A stretch of 64,000 nucleotides of DNA. It comes from Chiloscyllium plagiosum (lineage: Eukaryota). The position numbers and the translations under genes are program-made. Position 1 is the stretch's first letter, and each line of letters opens with the position of its first letter. The notes beneath the pieces were generated by a model that saw only the letters and a program-made list of their open reading frames with translations, was not told the DNA's origin and made no database searches. This document shows positions 25,600 to 39,946 of the stretch, piece after piece. The stretch spans positions 95,890,670 through 95,954,669 of the forward strand of contig NC_057712.1 of assembly GCF_004010195.1 (NCBI RefSeq), read 5' to 3'.

Positions 25600-26420
25600 T
25601 CTGGAATTCTTTCATTGACAGGCTTTGTAAATATAAGGAATGCTCCTTCCATTTCATTTGCTAGATGCTGCAGCATCCAGGCAGAGTGATTGTACTTGCA
25701 CTCTAGCACTATTGATCCTGCACACGAACTGTTGTATAATGAAATTTTTACATTTGTAGGTGTTGTTGTGGCTTCCCAAAACATATGGGTACATTACTTT
25801 TCATAATTAGCAGGGCTGTTGTCCCTGCATCAGTCTTGGCCAATAATAGTTTGCAGTTTGTGACGGACAGAGAAGTTGGTTCTGTTGCAAATATTTCAGA
25901 CGTAGATGTCTTCCACGACATTGACTGTGAAGTTTGTTCACCACTTTTTGTCCCACCACTTACAGTGTCAGATTCTGGTCCCGTCATGTATGTAATTCTG
26001 ATGGGATACCAGATGGCCATTATTGTAGCTGGAAGATACTCCTTTTGCGAGGTTTATATGGGTCAGTGCACAGCTCTTTGTAGCTGCATCAGCTTTTTGC
26101 TCGAGTGCATTGCCTCTGCTAATGGCCTTCTCTGCCACATGCCTTGCAAACTTGATTGAAACCTGAGCTTTTCCTTGGAAGACTACACCTTCCACATGTC
26201 TTGCTATGTTTTGGTGTTCTAATGATTGTGTCAGCCATCAACTTTGTATTCAAAGCTTGTGAGCTTGTTGACCTGCGAGGATCACTTTGTCTTTACGTCC
26301 ATGCTTCTGTAGTTCTTTGACACTATATGTTTTTAATTTGTTCTGCAAATCTTTCTAGAAAACATCCATGGCGGTGGATGAAATCAGTAATGCAACTATT
26401 GTCTTTGCTAGCTCCCTATT
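25600..26420 (-). mobile_element. Ty3/Gypsy LTR retrotransposon gag-protease relic
   Basis: Manual minus-strand translation gives CGRCSL...CKACGREGH*QRQC (CCHC knuckle, 26107-26148), followed downstream by LLAKTDAGTT (degenerate aspartic protease DTG, ~25820-25837). Confidence 0.7.
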
Positions 26421-26475
26421 TTAAAATTTACAGAATGAGCCTTTTCACTGTATCTGCTCAAGAAATGGTCCATGG

Positions 26476-26960
26476 ATATTGTAGACTTCTGTGTGGGATG
26501 GCAGGATTAACATATGAAGTATTAGGAAAGACTGGATCAATTGGGCTTGTAACCTGAATTTAAAAGAATGCGATGGTGGATGGGGGGGGAAGGTGGGGGC
26601 GGGGGGGTTCTCACAGAAACGTATAAAATCCTGTTTGACCGGATAGGCTAGATAATGCTTGACAAGTCCAGAACTAGGAGTCACAGTTTGAGAATAAAGT
26701 GTAAGCCATTCAGGACTGAGATGATGAAAAATTTCTTCACTCAGACAGTTGTGAACTTGTGGGACCGCTCTACCACAGGAAGCTCTTGGGGCCAGTTTGT
26801 TTCATTTATTCAAGAGGGTGCTGAACATGGCCAATTACGGCTAAAGGGATAAAGAGGTGTGGAGGGAAAGCGGGAGTGAGATACTGAAATTGCATCATCA
26901 GCCATGATCATATTGAATAGTGGTGCAGGCTCCACTCCTGAAACTATTTTCTATCTTTGT
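26476..26960 (+). mobile_element. CR1 LINE 3' fragment
   Basis: SRTRSHSLRIKCKPFRTEMMKNFFTQTVVNLW plus a CR1 3' UTR. Confidence 0.8.
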
Positions 26961-27859
26961 GTCTAAATTATGTGAATTCAAGTGGATGTGAACAGGGTTT
27001 AATCTGACACTTCTGGAGGTCATTTGGCTCTCCTGCTGTTAATCCTGATATGCTAAACCTGTGCAAACCTTCATTGTCAATTGCTAAACTATCCTAATGC
27101 CTTGTTTTTCTGCATTGGACACATCTGAATCGAGAAACCATAACACATTTCAAATTCTGCTAAGAGAACTGCTGTGTACCAATTTAAACCAGGGAATTTT
27201 GTTGGCATTCTTACAATATGACTTTGACCTTTCCTTGCTTGCTATCAATCCGACAGACATCATCACTTGTCTTCTTTCTCAAATGAATTAAACTGGTCTC
27301 GTCATGAGGACTTGTCTGTTTACCAGCAAGCTGTGATTTCAGCAGTTCCTGGCACTGAGTAGATAACAAAGATATCTAGGGCTGTCACAGACATTTTAGC
27401 ATGATTGAAGCCTGTCTTCTACCTGTACAATAACTTGTTCATTTTCTGTTCAAGCACAGTAATTCCTATCAGAATGATGTTTTCCAAAACTGCTCACAAT
27501 CCCTTTTTGATGGTAAAGGTTGAATAATCATTTGCTCATCAGGAATTGATTAGCTCCTTGAGTTAGTTTATTGAAAAAAGAAAGACATCTTATAATTTAT
27601 TAAGTAGTGCTTCAGCAAAGCATTTCATTCTGTCCAATTTGCAGACCCACAGCAGATTCACTGCCAAGCAGAGTCACAACATTGAGTACATAATCCTTCA
27701 AGACAAGTTCTCTTCAAGGCATGGCACACATATTTACAACAACTATCACAAAGGGACTGACAGCAGAGCTAGGTTTTGAATAGTAACACTATTGGGGAAG
27801 AATCTGCATTGGTGGAGCAGGAGATATTATCTACAGCAGTAGGGAATGAATTGGGAAAT

Positions 27860-27962
27860 GAAACACAAACAGAAATTGCCAGAAAAGCTCATCAGGTCTG
27901 GCAGCATCTGTGGAAAGAAATCAGAGTTAATGTTTCAGATCGAGTGACCTTTCCTCAGAACT
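27860..27962 (-). mobile_element. Penelope-like 3' fragment with hammerhead motif
   Basis: Minus strand reads AGUU-CUGAGGA-A-AGGUC-ACUC-GAUCU-GAA-ACAU-U/AACU, followed by cacagatgctgccagacctg. Confidence 0.7.
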
Positions 27963-28889
27963 TGGGATATGAGATACGCTACAGAAGATGGATTTGTAGC
28001 AGTGGTAGCTGATATATCACAAAGATGGGATCCAAATGGAGGAGGAAATGGATTTGGATGCAGTGTCTACTGTTATCGGTGGGAAAGGGTAATCAAGGGA
28101 TGGAGGGATAGATTTACAGAAGTTCAAATGAGTGAAGCAAATCAAATGCAGCTTTAAGCAAGGATTGCATTTTGTTCAAAACTGTTCTTTTAATTATCTA
28201 AAACCATAAATCTACCGCATGAAACATAAAAGAACAGGCCACATTGTGCATCATAATTCTACCCAGTCACATCAGAGCCTGCTACTTTAGACTTAGACTG
28301 TCAGGTAAGGTTAGACTTTCAGACCCAAGTCAAGAATGCGAAGTCGGGCTCAATTGTATTTCTGACAACACAGATTTTTAAACTGAATTAATGGCAGGGA
28401 TGGGATCATCATCCACTTAATGACAGTGGGTGGGCTCTCAGGGTTGGCAAGGTGGGGTGCAGGGAGTTGCTGATTCATGATGGATAGAGATGCCACTTCA
28501 AAATGAAGATACACTGAGGAGAAAAGGTCCAGTCTTCTTTCTTATAAGCTGCTGGGACAGCCACAGATTGAAATGTAGCTCCCCCTCCCCTTTCCCAACA
28601 TTCACCCGCCATGTTTAACTGGCCATAATTCAGGTCCCAGCTGAAGGTAATACTGGACAAGTCAATCCCAGAATGAAACCGGGTTTGATCGATCTTATGT
28701 TTATCTTATTTGTTTAGTTAATAAATGTGGTGGTTAGTCACTGAGACATATTTATCCAAAAGAAGTTTTTTTTAAAGCTATTCAAATATTGAAGACAATT
28801 ATATTGACCTTAAAACCCACGTGCAAAAAAGATCTCAATCCGTTCTCCACACTATCCAGTAAAGAGACAATATTTTGGTCCAGCGGAGT

Positions 28890-29220
28890 CGGAGTCATAC
28901 AGCAGTGAGACAGAATCCATGCCGAATAGAATCCCAAATCAAACTAGCTCCACCTGCCTGCTCCTGGCCCATATTCCTCAAACCCTTCCTATTCATGTAC
29001 TTATCCAAATGTCTTTTAAATGTTGTAATTGTACCCACAACCACCACGTCCTCAAGAATTTCATTCCACGTGCAAATTACTCTTTGTATGACAAGTTTGC
29101 CCCCTATGTCTTTTTTAAATCTCTCTCCTCTCACCTTAAAAACCTGCCCCCTAGTCTTGAAATCTCACATCCTCAGGAAGAGATAACTACCATTAACTCT
29201 ATCTATACCCTTCATTATTT
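28890..29220 (-). mobile_element. CR1 LINE 3' end
   Basis: RGERFKKDIGGKLVIQRVICTWNEIL..FKRHLDKYM. Confidence 0.85.
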
Positions 29221-29948
29221 GGACAGGATAAAGTGCTGTCTAAGTGCACTTACTGTTATTACTATTTTATTCAATCCAAAACATGCAGGAGCTGTTGATA
29301 CTTGCCTATTTTAAGAGTTGTTTACATTGAAATCATTGTCACAAAGAGTAATGGTGAGTTGTACTGATGCTTTCAAAGGGAATGGTGCCATTTTCAGGAA
29401 GTAAAGTGAACAAAGCAAAAAATCGATTATATGTATCAGGCTGATGATTTTGCAAAATAATGAAAGAATGACACACTAGTCATGGGGAGGGGATTTAGTC
29501 CCAAAGGTGAATAAGGTGCAAATGAAAATTTGCTTCACAAATTGCCTCAGAAGTAAGAGAGGGGGAGCAGGATGAGATTCAACATGTAGGTAGTGGATTA
29601 AACCAGTCTAGGGTTTACAGTAAAAGGCCATTTGGAAGTTTCTAATCAACCTTCAGGCATTAAGGAACAGTGTATCTCCCTGGAGATGGCTGCCTAGCAG
29701 CAGACTGGTGGCTTGTGCTGGAGCTATAGCTGCAGGCTGCCTTATAGAATGTGACCTTACCACCACTACCACCAGTACAAAGACTGGCCTGATCAACCCA
29801 CATGGTATTTTAAGAATTTAAGGAGCTGACCCTTCCAGGTTGGAGTGCCTTTTCTGTAACTTACCTGTAATAACAGTGATATCATTCTATTGCCCCTCCA
29901 ACTTGAAAGCCCAGCTGCCATCCTTAATTGGATGGCCAACTGTCTTCT

Positions 29949-30137
29949 GATTTGGAGATGCCAGTGTTGGACTGGGGTGTACAAAGTTTAAAAATCTCAC
30001 AACACTAGGTTATAGTCCAACAGGTTTATTTGGAAGCACTAGCTTTCGGAGCACCACCCAATGGACAACCACCCGATGAAGGAGCAGCGCTTCCAAATAA
30101 ACCGGTTGGACTTTAACCTGGTGTTATGTGATTTCCA
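29949..30137. mobile_element. Palindromic Penelope-derived element (same family as 12969 and 50779)
   Basis: Inverted arms caacactaggttatagtccaacaggtttatttggaagc / gcttccaaataaaccggttggactttaacctggtgtt. Broken hammerhead cores. Confidence 0.82.
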
Positions 30138-31523
30138 AATATCCTCTGGCTGCCAATTATCCAATTCAGGGAAGATCACAGATGCAAAACTATTTCCACA
30201 CAGCATAGGAATCTGACCCCATTTGAGCCTAACAGCTGACTTGAAACCCACAGGGAAAATTCTTGCTTTACTATGACAATAAAATATCAGTCACCATTTC
30301 AGCATAACAATGCCTTTTTGAACTAATTTTCAGTTGGGTAAATGTCATGGTGTTTTGCACTGTGTGTTGTAATTAACATATGGGCCAATTCATTTCTGTG
30401 TAAAAAGTATTAGGCAAATCTATGCCAGCACTAAACTAACATGCACTTACTTCCAATTGTTTCTATGTGTAAAAAGGAATTAAGTGTTGACTTCAAAACA
30501 AGAACTGGTGCAATAATAAAGGTTTTTTTTACATTTTACTTAACACATCATTAAGCTAACCAGATGGTACAGCCTAATTGGAACTGCATTAATTTATTTT
30601 GCTCTGCGCTTTTTTCTGACTATTTTCAGACTGCCTTATTTCTTTGTTTTAACTTATCCATTCAATTTCACCCCTCAAATTTAATGTTACTTGTTTTCCA
30701 AGTGAAGATTCTTGGATTGGTATTCAACAGTTTAAAGGTGACTCCCATTCCCTCCATCTTTTCCGCCAAAAAATGGATCAGCTAAGGATGCTTGATTTTT
30801 CCCTCTAGTGTTCATGGGGAATTTACAAGCAATGATGCAAGCAGAAAAAAGTGCTATTTCTCCAAACCTTTAGTTTCCCATTCAAAGTCAACTTGAACAA
30901 AAAATGAACTGCCTTAATATTCGCAGAACAGACTTTATCTGAATAGAGAAGCCTTTTTTTCTGTTGCTACCATTCAGAGTACCTGGTGGCACTGCTTCAC
31001 ATGCATTTAAACACATGATTTGTTACCACAATGTCACTTCTTTAGAAACAAAATTATGCATGTTTTTCAATGTGCAGCTGGAATCTTATGCAACCTAGAC
31101 CATAATTCCAGATAGCATTCAAGGTTTCAGAGTCTAGGTAGTTATCTCTGGTGTCATGGAAATCAGTGCAGTGCCTCATTTATGTCCTTTTTTGTCACCC
31201 ATATAACTAACAGAAAAATTAGATAGTTGAGTAGAGATTGCTACACCTATTTTTCTAATCAGCCTGCTCAGAGATGTTCTTATGCACCTCTGGAGTAGGT
31301 GGGACTTGGACCCAGGCCCCTCAGTCCAGGAGAAGGGACTCTACCTCTTCAGTTCGGCTAACTGATCAATTTGCCAGGCCTCCTCTCCACTCTTTAAGAG
31401 CAACGTTCAATGCTTGGTACTTGGGATAAAATTGGAGTAATGTTCAGAAAGTGACTTCCATTGTCATGCATGATATGTTAACATCGACCCAGTTATTGGA
31501 TTGCAGCAGACAGCAATCTCATG

Positions 31524-31604
31524 CAGAGTCGAAAAGTGTGGTGCTGGAAAAGCACAGCAGGTCAGGCAGCATCTGAGGAGCAGGAGAGTCAACATTTTGG
31601 GCAA
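31524..31604 (-). mobile_element. Penelope-derived fragment (family of 37240, 47350 and 50930)
   Basis: gtggtgctggaaaagcacagcaggtcaggcagcatc is the reverse complement of the 37290-37325 motif. Confidence 0.75.
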
Positions 31605-31792
31605 TCTCTTGTAGCTAATACTAGAACCAGAACAATTTTTCTGTGAACTCCTTCTTGCTAACATTTCCAATTCTTACGTAACAATATTTTTATATCCGAA
31701 CAGAATTACCTACTTAACAAACATTTATTTCCTTTAATCAGTCAGTATTTGTCATTGGCAGTCCAACCTGGCTGCTGCCTAAGCAATTAGTG

Positions 31793-32085
31793 GGTGTGGT
31801 GACTTAGTGGTGATATTGGTGGTCTGGTAATCTGGAAACTCTGTGAACAAGGATACAGGTCTCACTACAGCAACTGGTGGAATTTAAATTCACTTGATGA
31901 ATCTGCAATTGAAAGCCAATCTCAGTAATTGTGACTATTATCAATTACTGTAAACTCACATCTGGTTTATTAGGGAAGAAAACCTGATGTGCAGCGATGT
32001 GGTTGAAATAACCCAGCAAGTACAAGGGAAATTAAGAGTAGGTATGAAATGCTGGCCTTGCAGTGGCCTCATATCCCATTTCTTT
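31793..32085 (+). mobile_element. Shark tRNA-headed SINE (family of 5410-5716)
   Basis: Shared blocks ggaattt.aattca and catctggtt...tagggaag, with tail aaatgctggcc. Confidence 0.55.
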
Positions 32086-35000
32086 TTTTTTAAATTAATG
32101 GCAACCAACTATCGAACCATATTTTCCAGTGACGCCCCAGTCATACTGAACAGGCCATATCTGGTTTAGACAAACTAAGATAAGAAGAATGCAAAATCCA
32201 TCAAAGAGTGGAAGAATATGGCCAAAATACCATTGGAAGATTCTTTATTGGAAAAAATTGTTTCGAAGAAATGCCATGAATTCTCATTAATGTTTTGGGT
32301 AATATAAAAGGACAAATTAAGACAAGGAAGTGAGGCTGAATAAAGATTCAAATTTACAATGCAATTATATGCATTTAACTATGCAACTGTAAAGCAGTGA
32401 TAGTTTTCATGAACACATCAAAGCTCTCAATGACTTCCTGGATTGAATTATCAGATCTCACTGATACTAGGAATGCAGGCTGATGTGACCTAAAGACTTA
32501 CAAGGCCGGTCAGTGGGTCAGCTTCCCGACCTCATTTCTGATTACGTGGTTTTAAGGACTGCTTCACAAGATTTTAAAGTAATGATCTGGCTTCTATGGT
32601 GACTTCATTGAAATGGCTGCAAGATGGCTGCCCCTACTCAGTGCCTCATTGGCAGAAGTCACATGACTGCAGCAAACCTGGAGGCACACTGCTCAATAGC
32701 GCATTTTATCCAAACAGACCAGGATGGCTGCCTGGTCCGATAAGGCAAAAAGGCATTTGAGATCATGAAGAACATTGCTAAAGGTGGAGGCACATTGAAA
32801 TTTGTCAGACAACCTCCGGTTTTCCAACAATAGTGGGGGGGGGGGGGGGCGGGGGGGTGGTTGGTGGCGGGGGGGGAGGAATTTTGTGGATGTGAGGGCT
32901 GGTGCAGATCAGCCTTAAAATGTTGGGTACAAGAAGCAGAACAGAGTTCCCATGATCTAAACAGGTCTCTAGGTCCATCTAGTCTGTTTGGGCAGAGGTT
33001 CAGCAAAAGTCATCCCTGAGAAGGGGTTCTCCACTCCATTCCCTCCTCAACCTCCTCCCACCACCAACAAAGCAGAGAACTTGTTGCTTTTTGTATTTTT
33101 TCAAATTAAAATTTGAAAATGTTTCTGATAGGGCATCTTCTTATTGAATCAGCCTCACAGTTATTTACCTTGTGCTGAAGCCAGTGCATTTCTCAAGCCT
33201 CTGATAACCTTCTGGTTTCAAGAGCCTGCCTACCTACCATTCTCAATTGGACAGGGAATCTGCACCCATGCTAATTAAGGGCTCAACCCCTGTTAAACAT
33301 TGATTTTAACCAGTTTCCCACCTGAGGTACGTTCAGAACCTGGGAAGCAATCCCACCTCCTGGGAACTTCTGTGGATAGTGGAGAGCCTTTACCTTTGAG
33401 TAAGGAGATCCAGCTTCAATTCCCACCAGTTAGAACACACCTCTTGAGCGGATTGATCAGAAAAGACAAAAACAATCCTGGTTCCTCTTCCATGTCCATG
33501 GGACAACTCAGCCCCGGTGAGATCTCTATTGGTGGGGTATTTTAATCAGCTTTGAAGACTTTTTTTCATTCATTCTGTCATGGTTTGATTTTGATTTGAT
33601 TTATTATTGTCACATGTACCAAGATATAGTGAAAAGTATTGTTTCATGTGCGATACAGGCAAATCATATCTTGCATAAATACATCAGGGTGGTAGAACAG
33701 AGTGTAGAATATAGTGTTACAGACAGACTGAAAATTGAGAATTAAAAGAGTAGAATGATGAGTTTAGATGGAAGGAGACAATCTGCTGGGGACAGATCGC
33801 AAAGAATCATTACGCTCAGGTGCTGTCTTGGACCCCAAATGATGTAGAATAGCTCAGCTTCAATCATTGGTTAGGGGAGCAGAATGTTCACTGACTTAAA
33901 ATTATAGATTACCAGCAACTGAAAGAGGAACAGTACTCAGCAAGCTGATCAGGAGCAATACCTGGAAAACAACCTGTTAAATTCTCTGAAAACCTTGGAA
34001 GAGAAGCCAGTGTGTAATTAATCAGAAAAGAGGATAGAAAGAATAGCACAAGTGGCAGGGTTGGATGGAAAAGGATGATATCTGCTTTTGATCACACAAA
34101 GAATGGCCCTACTTTTTTTCACCTTGAAAATGTTTGAAAACCTACAGTGGCTTCTTAACAGTGAGAGTTAAGATACTGAGGAGACGTGCAGGGACTAGAG
34201 TGAGCATCAACGTGAATTATTAAAAGCTTCATGCATTGATGCAACATTTCCAGATAGTAAAGTGGAAGGTTGGATTTCATTTCCATAGATGTAAAATGCA
34301 TAATGGAGGAAGTGATGCTTCAGTTTGGAGCAATTGACAGACCCTACCGAGAGTGCTGCCGACAGTTTTAGGTTCTGGATTTCAGGAGGAGCAATAGATT
34401 AGTATTTGAAGGTTGCATTGTAGGTTTACTAGAATTATAGGAAGTTCAATGAATTAAATTATGAGGACAACTTGCATAAATTTGAATCATACTCCTTTGC
34501 TTTCGGAAGGTTTTGCTGAAGTTGAATTTAATTGTTGAACAGGCGGAGAAGGATGAATGACTTAATCCTGTTTCAATGATCAAATCCAACACCACAGTTC
34601 AAGTGATCCCCAGTCAAAATGAGATAATAAGGAACACTAACTGTGAAGATATCCTGTCCCTTCTACTTTTTTTTCTTTGGTATTCCCATTAGAAATGATT
34701 AAAATGCTCAATAAACATTTATTAGGTCACCTGACTAAAGCAGAACTTCAAGATCTTAAAATATGCATGTGTCCTCTAAAACACGCATCGGGAGAATGCT
34801 GTGGTGGGAGAAATAGATCTACACATTATGGTCATAGAAGGACAGTAATTGGAACATATTTATATTCACTCTATATTTTAACTTCAATTGGTTTGTAATT
34901 TTACAGAAATTTAAAATGTTCTCTCATTCTTCAGGAAATATTTTTAAAAATATATTCAGTAATAAATTCCGCAAAGGGAGTCAAACATGAAGAATTCAAG

Positions 35001-35097
35001 AGCAGAAAACAGACAGATTCTAAACCATCAGCAATAAAAATAAATGGTTTTGTGACACTAATTCACAACAAGCATGATTTCACTGATTTTTTCTTAA

Positions 35098-35205
<108 letters not shown>

Positions 35206-37239
35206 TAAGCCAACCGTGCAATTTGTTTTGATTTCTTTGTGAACAAAAAGTGTATTATTTATGAGACATTACTGCCTTTAGCCTGTGTTTCTTGATTAGG
35301 AGATTTATTTTGCACCTAGATTCCTAGTGAGTACGTTTGTCAATTATTGTGTACATTTGGCAACTGAGATTAAGCTGTATGACTTCAATGTTTCTTCCAG
35401 CAGATAGATGCTATTTCTGTCTCAGAGTACTAAGAAACTAATGGTAGATCTTAGTATGAGCATATGCTAAATTTTAAAAAACAACTTTTGAACAGTCTCC
35501 ATAATACAACTTGAATAAAATGTAGCTAATTTAGAATGTTTTCAAATATTAAATTGTAAATGGACCTGATTCTGTTTATGAACTTATCATTGAAAGTAGT
35601 TTTTTTCAAAGATGTTCTGCTGAATAAGAGGAACAAATTACAGTGTTTTAAAATTACGCAGCAATTCAATTTCTATGGGTCTAGTCATACATGCTTTATT
35701 TTACAAATATGTGCAAAATAAATTATAGCTGTAGGTGAATGACAGTAATATTTTACTGTGGCCTCTTTGACAGTTTGCCCTCTTGTTTTTATTGCCTTTG
35801 TATACTTTTTAAAATAGTAGTTTCTGTTTGTTCTTTTAAACTTTAGGTTTATGACATATTGTGAAATGGTCAATCTCCATTCCTCAATATTAAAAACACA
35901 TAATAGGATTAAATGTCAAGGGAATATTTACAATGGCATAGATCTTTGAAATGATTTGATATTGTTGGATATCAGTTATGACAGTGATTATATTCAGAAG
36001 GGAAGGCATTCATGTTCACGATGATTGTGTGTCTGACTTTCAATGGATTATCGTTGAATTCTTTCAGTTAGGCAAGTGGGAGATAGAAGATTCAGCCATC
36101 ACTCAAAATTTAGTCTATTTTTGTCATATTTCTCATGAACTGAAAGCAAAATACTATACCACCAACATCTACCATCATGGGAAACTAATCAAAGTCTACC
36201 CTTGAATTTTGTGGTAAGTAGTTTGTCACATCAAAAAGGACTAGAAGATTAATGCTAGCTAGCTTGTAAAATCTGTTCAGAGGTGAACTAGGGTCAAGTT
36301 CCCTATGATCTTGGATTTTTCCAAGAGTGGGTCAGTGACCCACATCGTATTAAAATAATACAGTGCAAACTAGTAAGTGAAGACTAATTGAGTGAGTTAC
36401 TACATAGCGAAGCTTTCCTGTTGTGTTTGGTATATTATACAACCTATTCCTGTAGCAAATCTTAATTTTTGCATTCGGTCCACTTGGCTTTCTTTTCTGT
36501 GTAAAGAAACAAATGTAACTGCTATCTGTGTGCAATGTAAAGTATCGCAAACCATTACAATCCCAGATATTTATTTTATCCAAATCTGAAGCAATTGAAT
36601 TGTACGTACAACTGACCTAGAATTTTAAAGAAAGCAGGTTTTTGGTTGCAAAACTGGTTATTTATCAGGTACAAAAGTCTTTATTAAATGACTATTTCCT
36701 CTACCATACTCTAAAATCTTTAATCACCAGTTAATTTTGTAAAACTGAAAGAAATAATAGTGTTTGCTTGCAACATTGTTGGCTTTCAAGCCAAATCAAT
36801 CAGGCTATTCATTCAAAGGAGTTGGACAGGCTGTCTGACTGACAAATATCATGTCATATTGGCATGCAATCTGATTCTTCTAATAATCACAATTAAAGCA
36901 TAATGTATTTAACAAAAAACAGACATTTAAGAAATGCACAACATGTTCATCAGCACCTGAAGGAGAGAACAATGGATGAAAGTTTCCATTTGGAATCTCT
37001 GCCAACTCTGACAAATTCCACTCAGAAAGGGTATCTATCTGTCTCCTTTTGGATATTTCATGAATTTTTTTTAATTTGATTTTTTTTTAAATTGAACATT
37101 ATCCAATTAAATTGATCATTGAATCAAAGTACAGGTTACTTTAATATTCAAAAGATATAAGGAAGCTGAAAATGAACAGTCCAATGCAATAAAATGAGGG
37201 AGTTCACCAACTTGTCAATGTGTTCTACTGGGATTTGAC

Positions 37240-37340
37240 ATCTGATGAAGGGCTTACACCCGAAATGTCAATTCCCCTGCTCTTCGGATGCTGCCTGACC
37301 CGCTGTGCTTTTCCAGCACCACACTCTTGATTTTGACCTT
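37240..37340 (+). mobile_element. Penelope-derived fragment with hammerhead core
   Basis: CUGAUGA-A-GGG-CUUACA-CCC-GAA-AUGU-C at 37242-37269, followed by ggatgctgcctgacccgctgtgcttttccagcaccacac. Confidence 0.75.
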
Positions 37341-38639
37341 TGATGCCCAAGATGTTTAATCTTCAGTGGAATGAAACTTCTGCAGTCCCACGCCTGTGCC
37401 CGTCACCCTTACCAAGTCTGCAGGCAGATATATGTTTGGTAGTTCTCGATGTTATTTTCCACTGCGTTAGAGAAACTTTCTCAAGGTAGAGAGGGAAGGA
37501 AAATGCTACTATAGGTGAAGGAGTTGGTAACAGTGTAGCATTTCTAGTCGCCCTTGTGGCAGCCAAAGATCTTTATTTTTACAAAACTGTTCAAATAGTG
37601 CTTACCTGATCTTGTTGGTGGAGGACTGTTTCATGTGTTCAAGCACACTCTCTCCAAAACTTGTGTGATTTCTTTAAATCAGTCCAGTCCAGTTTTTGAA
37701 AAAAATGTCCTCTAAATTACTTCATAGCACTCAGAAACTATGATGTTCTTCAACCTAATCAGTTTTGCAACTCACTTGGGGAAAACCGATTAGTTGGGCT
37801 GGGATTCTAAATGATCTTGTGGCTATAGTATTGAAGTTACTGATGGATGAGAAACACATAACCAGTATTTGAACTTTGTGCTATCAAGCTTTTGCTGACA
37901 AGACCATATTTTCTTTTAATTTACTTTGTTTGAATTTTTAGATAAATGGATGTAATAATGTTTCTGTTTAAGCCTTATTGTGAAATTCCTATTTCTTAAA
38001 AGAGCTTTTGAATTAGTTTTATTTTGTCTGGCAAGTTCATGTTTAAACACCCGTTCTCCTAAAAATTGATCCAAACTATGCCACTGGGATCTGCTGGGAA
38101 CTATTTAGACTAGTCTTTGCCAATGACTTAAGTTGTACTGCAGGAAGTGTGAAACAAAGCCATATCAATCTACGACTTGTCCAAATCTGTTCTGGACATT
38201 TCACATGCAAATGATAATTACAGTTTGTGCTGATCCACAACTGAAACCATTCCATACTCAAATTGTGTCCGATAATTAGCCTTTGTTCTAAACCGATTCA
38301 AAAAAAGTCATCTGTGATTTCTCTTGCTTGTTTGCATTTTGGTACAGAGGAAGTGACAATATACACATCTCAATTTGGCTACTTATTTGATATTGCTAGA
38401 TCTTTTAAATATTTTTGAAGGCTTATTGAGGTACTGTAAAAAACTGCCAAGTTTTAGATATCTCTGATAATGCAAGGACACGTGGAAAGAAACAAACTTT
38501 CCTTTAGTTTAAATTGATGTTAATGTGCAACTAACAAAGGTAGTGTTGCATTCAGCATTTCTGAAATACAGCACAATCACTGGCAAACTCTGTTCGACTG
38601 TGAGCAATACTAAATGTCCAAGGTACCATGGCACAACAA

Positions 38640-39900
38640 GAGTAGAGTCATAGAATGGCACAGAAGGGAGTAATTTGTTCCACTGTGGCCATGACAATTC
38701 TCTGCAAGTAACTGAGCCCGTCTCATCCCAAAGTTGTTTCCCCTTAGCTCTGCAAGCAATATCTCCTCAGGTGCATATGCAATTCCTTTCTGAAAGTCAC
38801 AATCGAATCTACCTCCCTCGAACAGTGCACTCCAGTTCCTAACCACGTACTGCATATGAATACATTTCTTCATATTGCTGCTGCAAGTTCTTTTGCAGAT
38901 CATGGCATATGTGTTCTCAGGTTCTACTGTATCTAGATCCCTCTTGATTTTGAACAGCTCCATAATATATTTTCTCAACGTGGTCTTCTCCAGGAAAAGC
39001 ACCAAGTCTATATACATAACTGTCAAGTCTCATCTTGGTAACTTTCCCATATGTCTTTTCTGCACTCTTTCTAAACCCTTTCCTAATGTGCTGTGTTCAG
39101 AATTTGATACAATACTGCAATTAAAGCTGAACCAGTGTTTATGGTTAATCAGAATGGCTTTGCTTTGACTTCTGTAGTGTTGTTTATATAGCCCAGGATC
39201 CTGATGCCTTTTAACCACTCCTTAACCTGCCTTGTCACCTGCACAGGCACACCAAGTCTCTCTCTTCCTGAAACTGTTGTACAGTTGAACCTTTTAGTTT
39301 ATGTTGCCTCTCCTCATTCTTCTTACCAAAATATCCACTCACATTTCTGTGCATTAAATTTAATCTGCCACGTGCCTGATTATTCCATCAGCCTGTCTGC
39401 TCTCTCAAAAGCAGTATCTTCTTCTTAGAATTCTCTTCACAGTTCATAATACTTCCAAATTTTGTTCAGTCTATAAATTTTGAAGTTGTGCATTGTACAC
39501 TCAATTCTAGGTCATTATGTGTGTCCATAGATGCTGTGGGCTTAGTACCAGCCCCTAGGAAATCCCACTGTACATCTGTCTCCAATCTGAGAACTAAGCA
39601 ACCACTTTCTGTTATCTGTCACTTAGCCAATTCTGTATTCGTGCTTTCCCTTTTATTTCAAAGGCTGCTGTTTTGCTGGCAAATCTGTTACGTGACCTTT
39701 TATCAAATGCCTTGTCGAAGCCCAAATCACCACATCAACTGTGTTATCATCATCATCAGTGATCTATGTTACGCCTTCAAAAACTCAATCAAACTATCCC
39801 AGCACAATTTTCTTTTAATAGATCTATGCAGGCCTTTCTTACTTAATCCACACTTGTCCAAGTGATTGTTAATTTTATCCCAGATTAAGGTCTTATAAAT
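38640..39900 (-). mobile_element. Old CR1 LINE RT and 3' region
   Basis: Degenerate GLERVQKRH and VVRNWSAL motifs, plus the reverse complement of the QHGF..CLTNLIEFF region at ~39780-39830. Confidence 0.7.
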
Positions 39901-39946
39901 TAATATTTTTAATCAACTTGTTCAGGCATGTTACGATGTACACTCT

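Noticed and set aside
25968-26195. RNase H-like ORF (GNA..KADAATK)
   Set aside because: The resemblance is superficial. The overlapping frame gives a clear CCHC zinc knuckle in the correct gag-protease order.
32834-32880. Functional G-quadruplex element
   Set aside because: This is a low-complexity poly-G tract within a decayed repeat, and similar runs occur at ~2055 and ~26582. There is no independent support.
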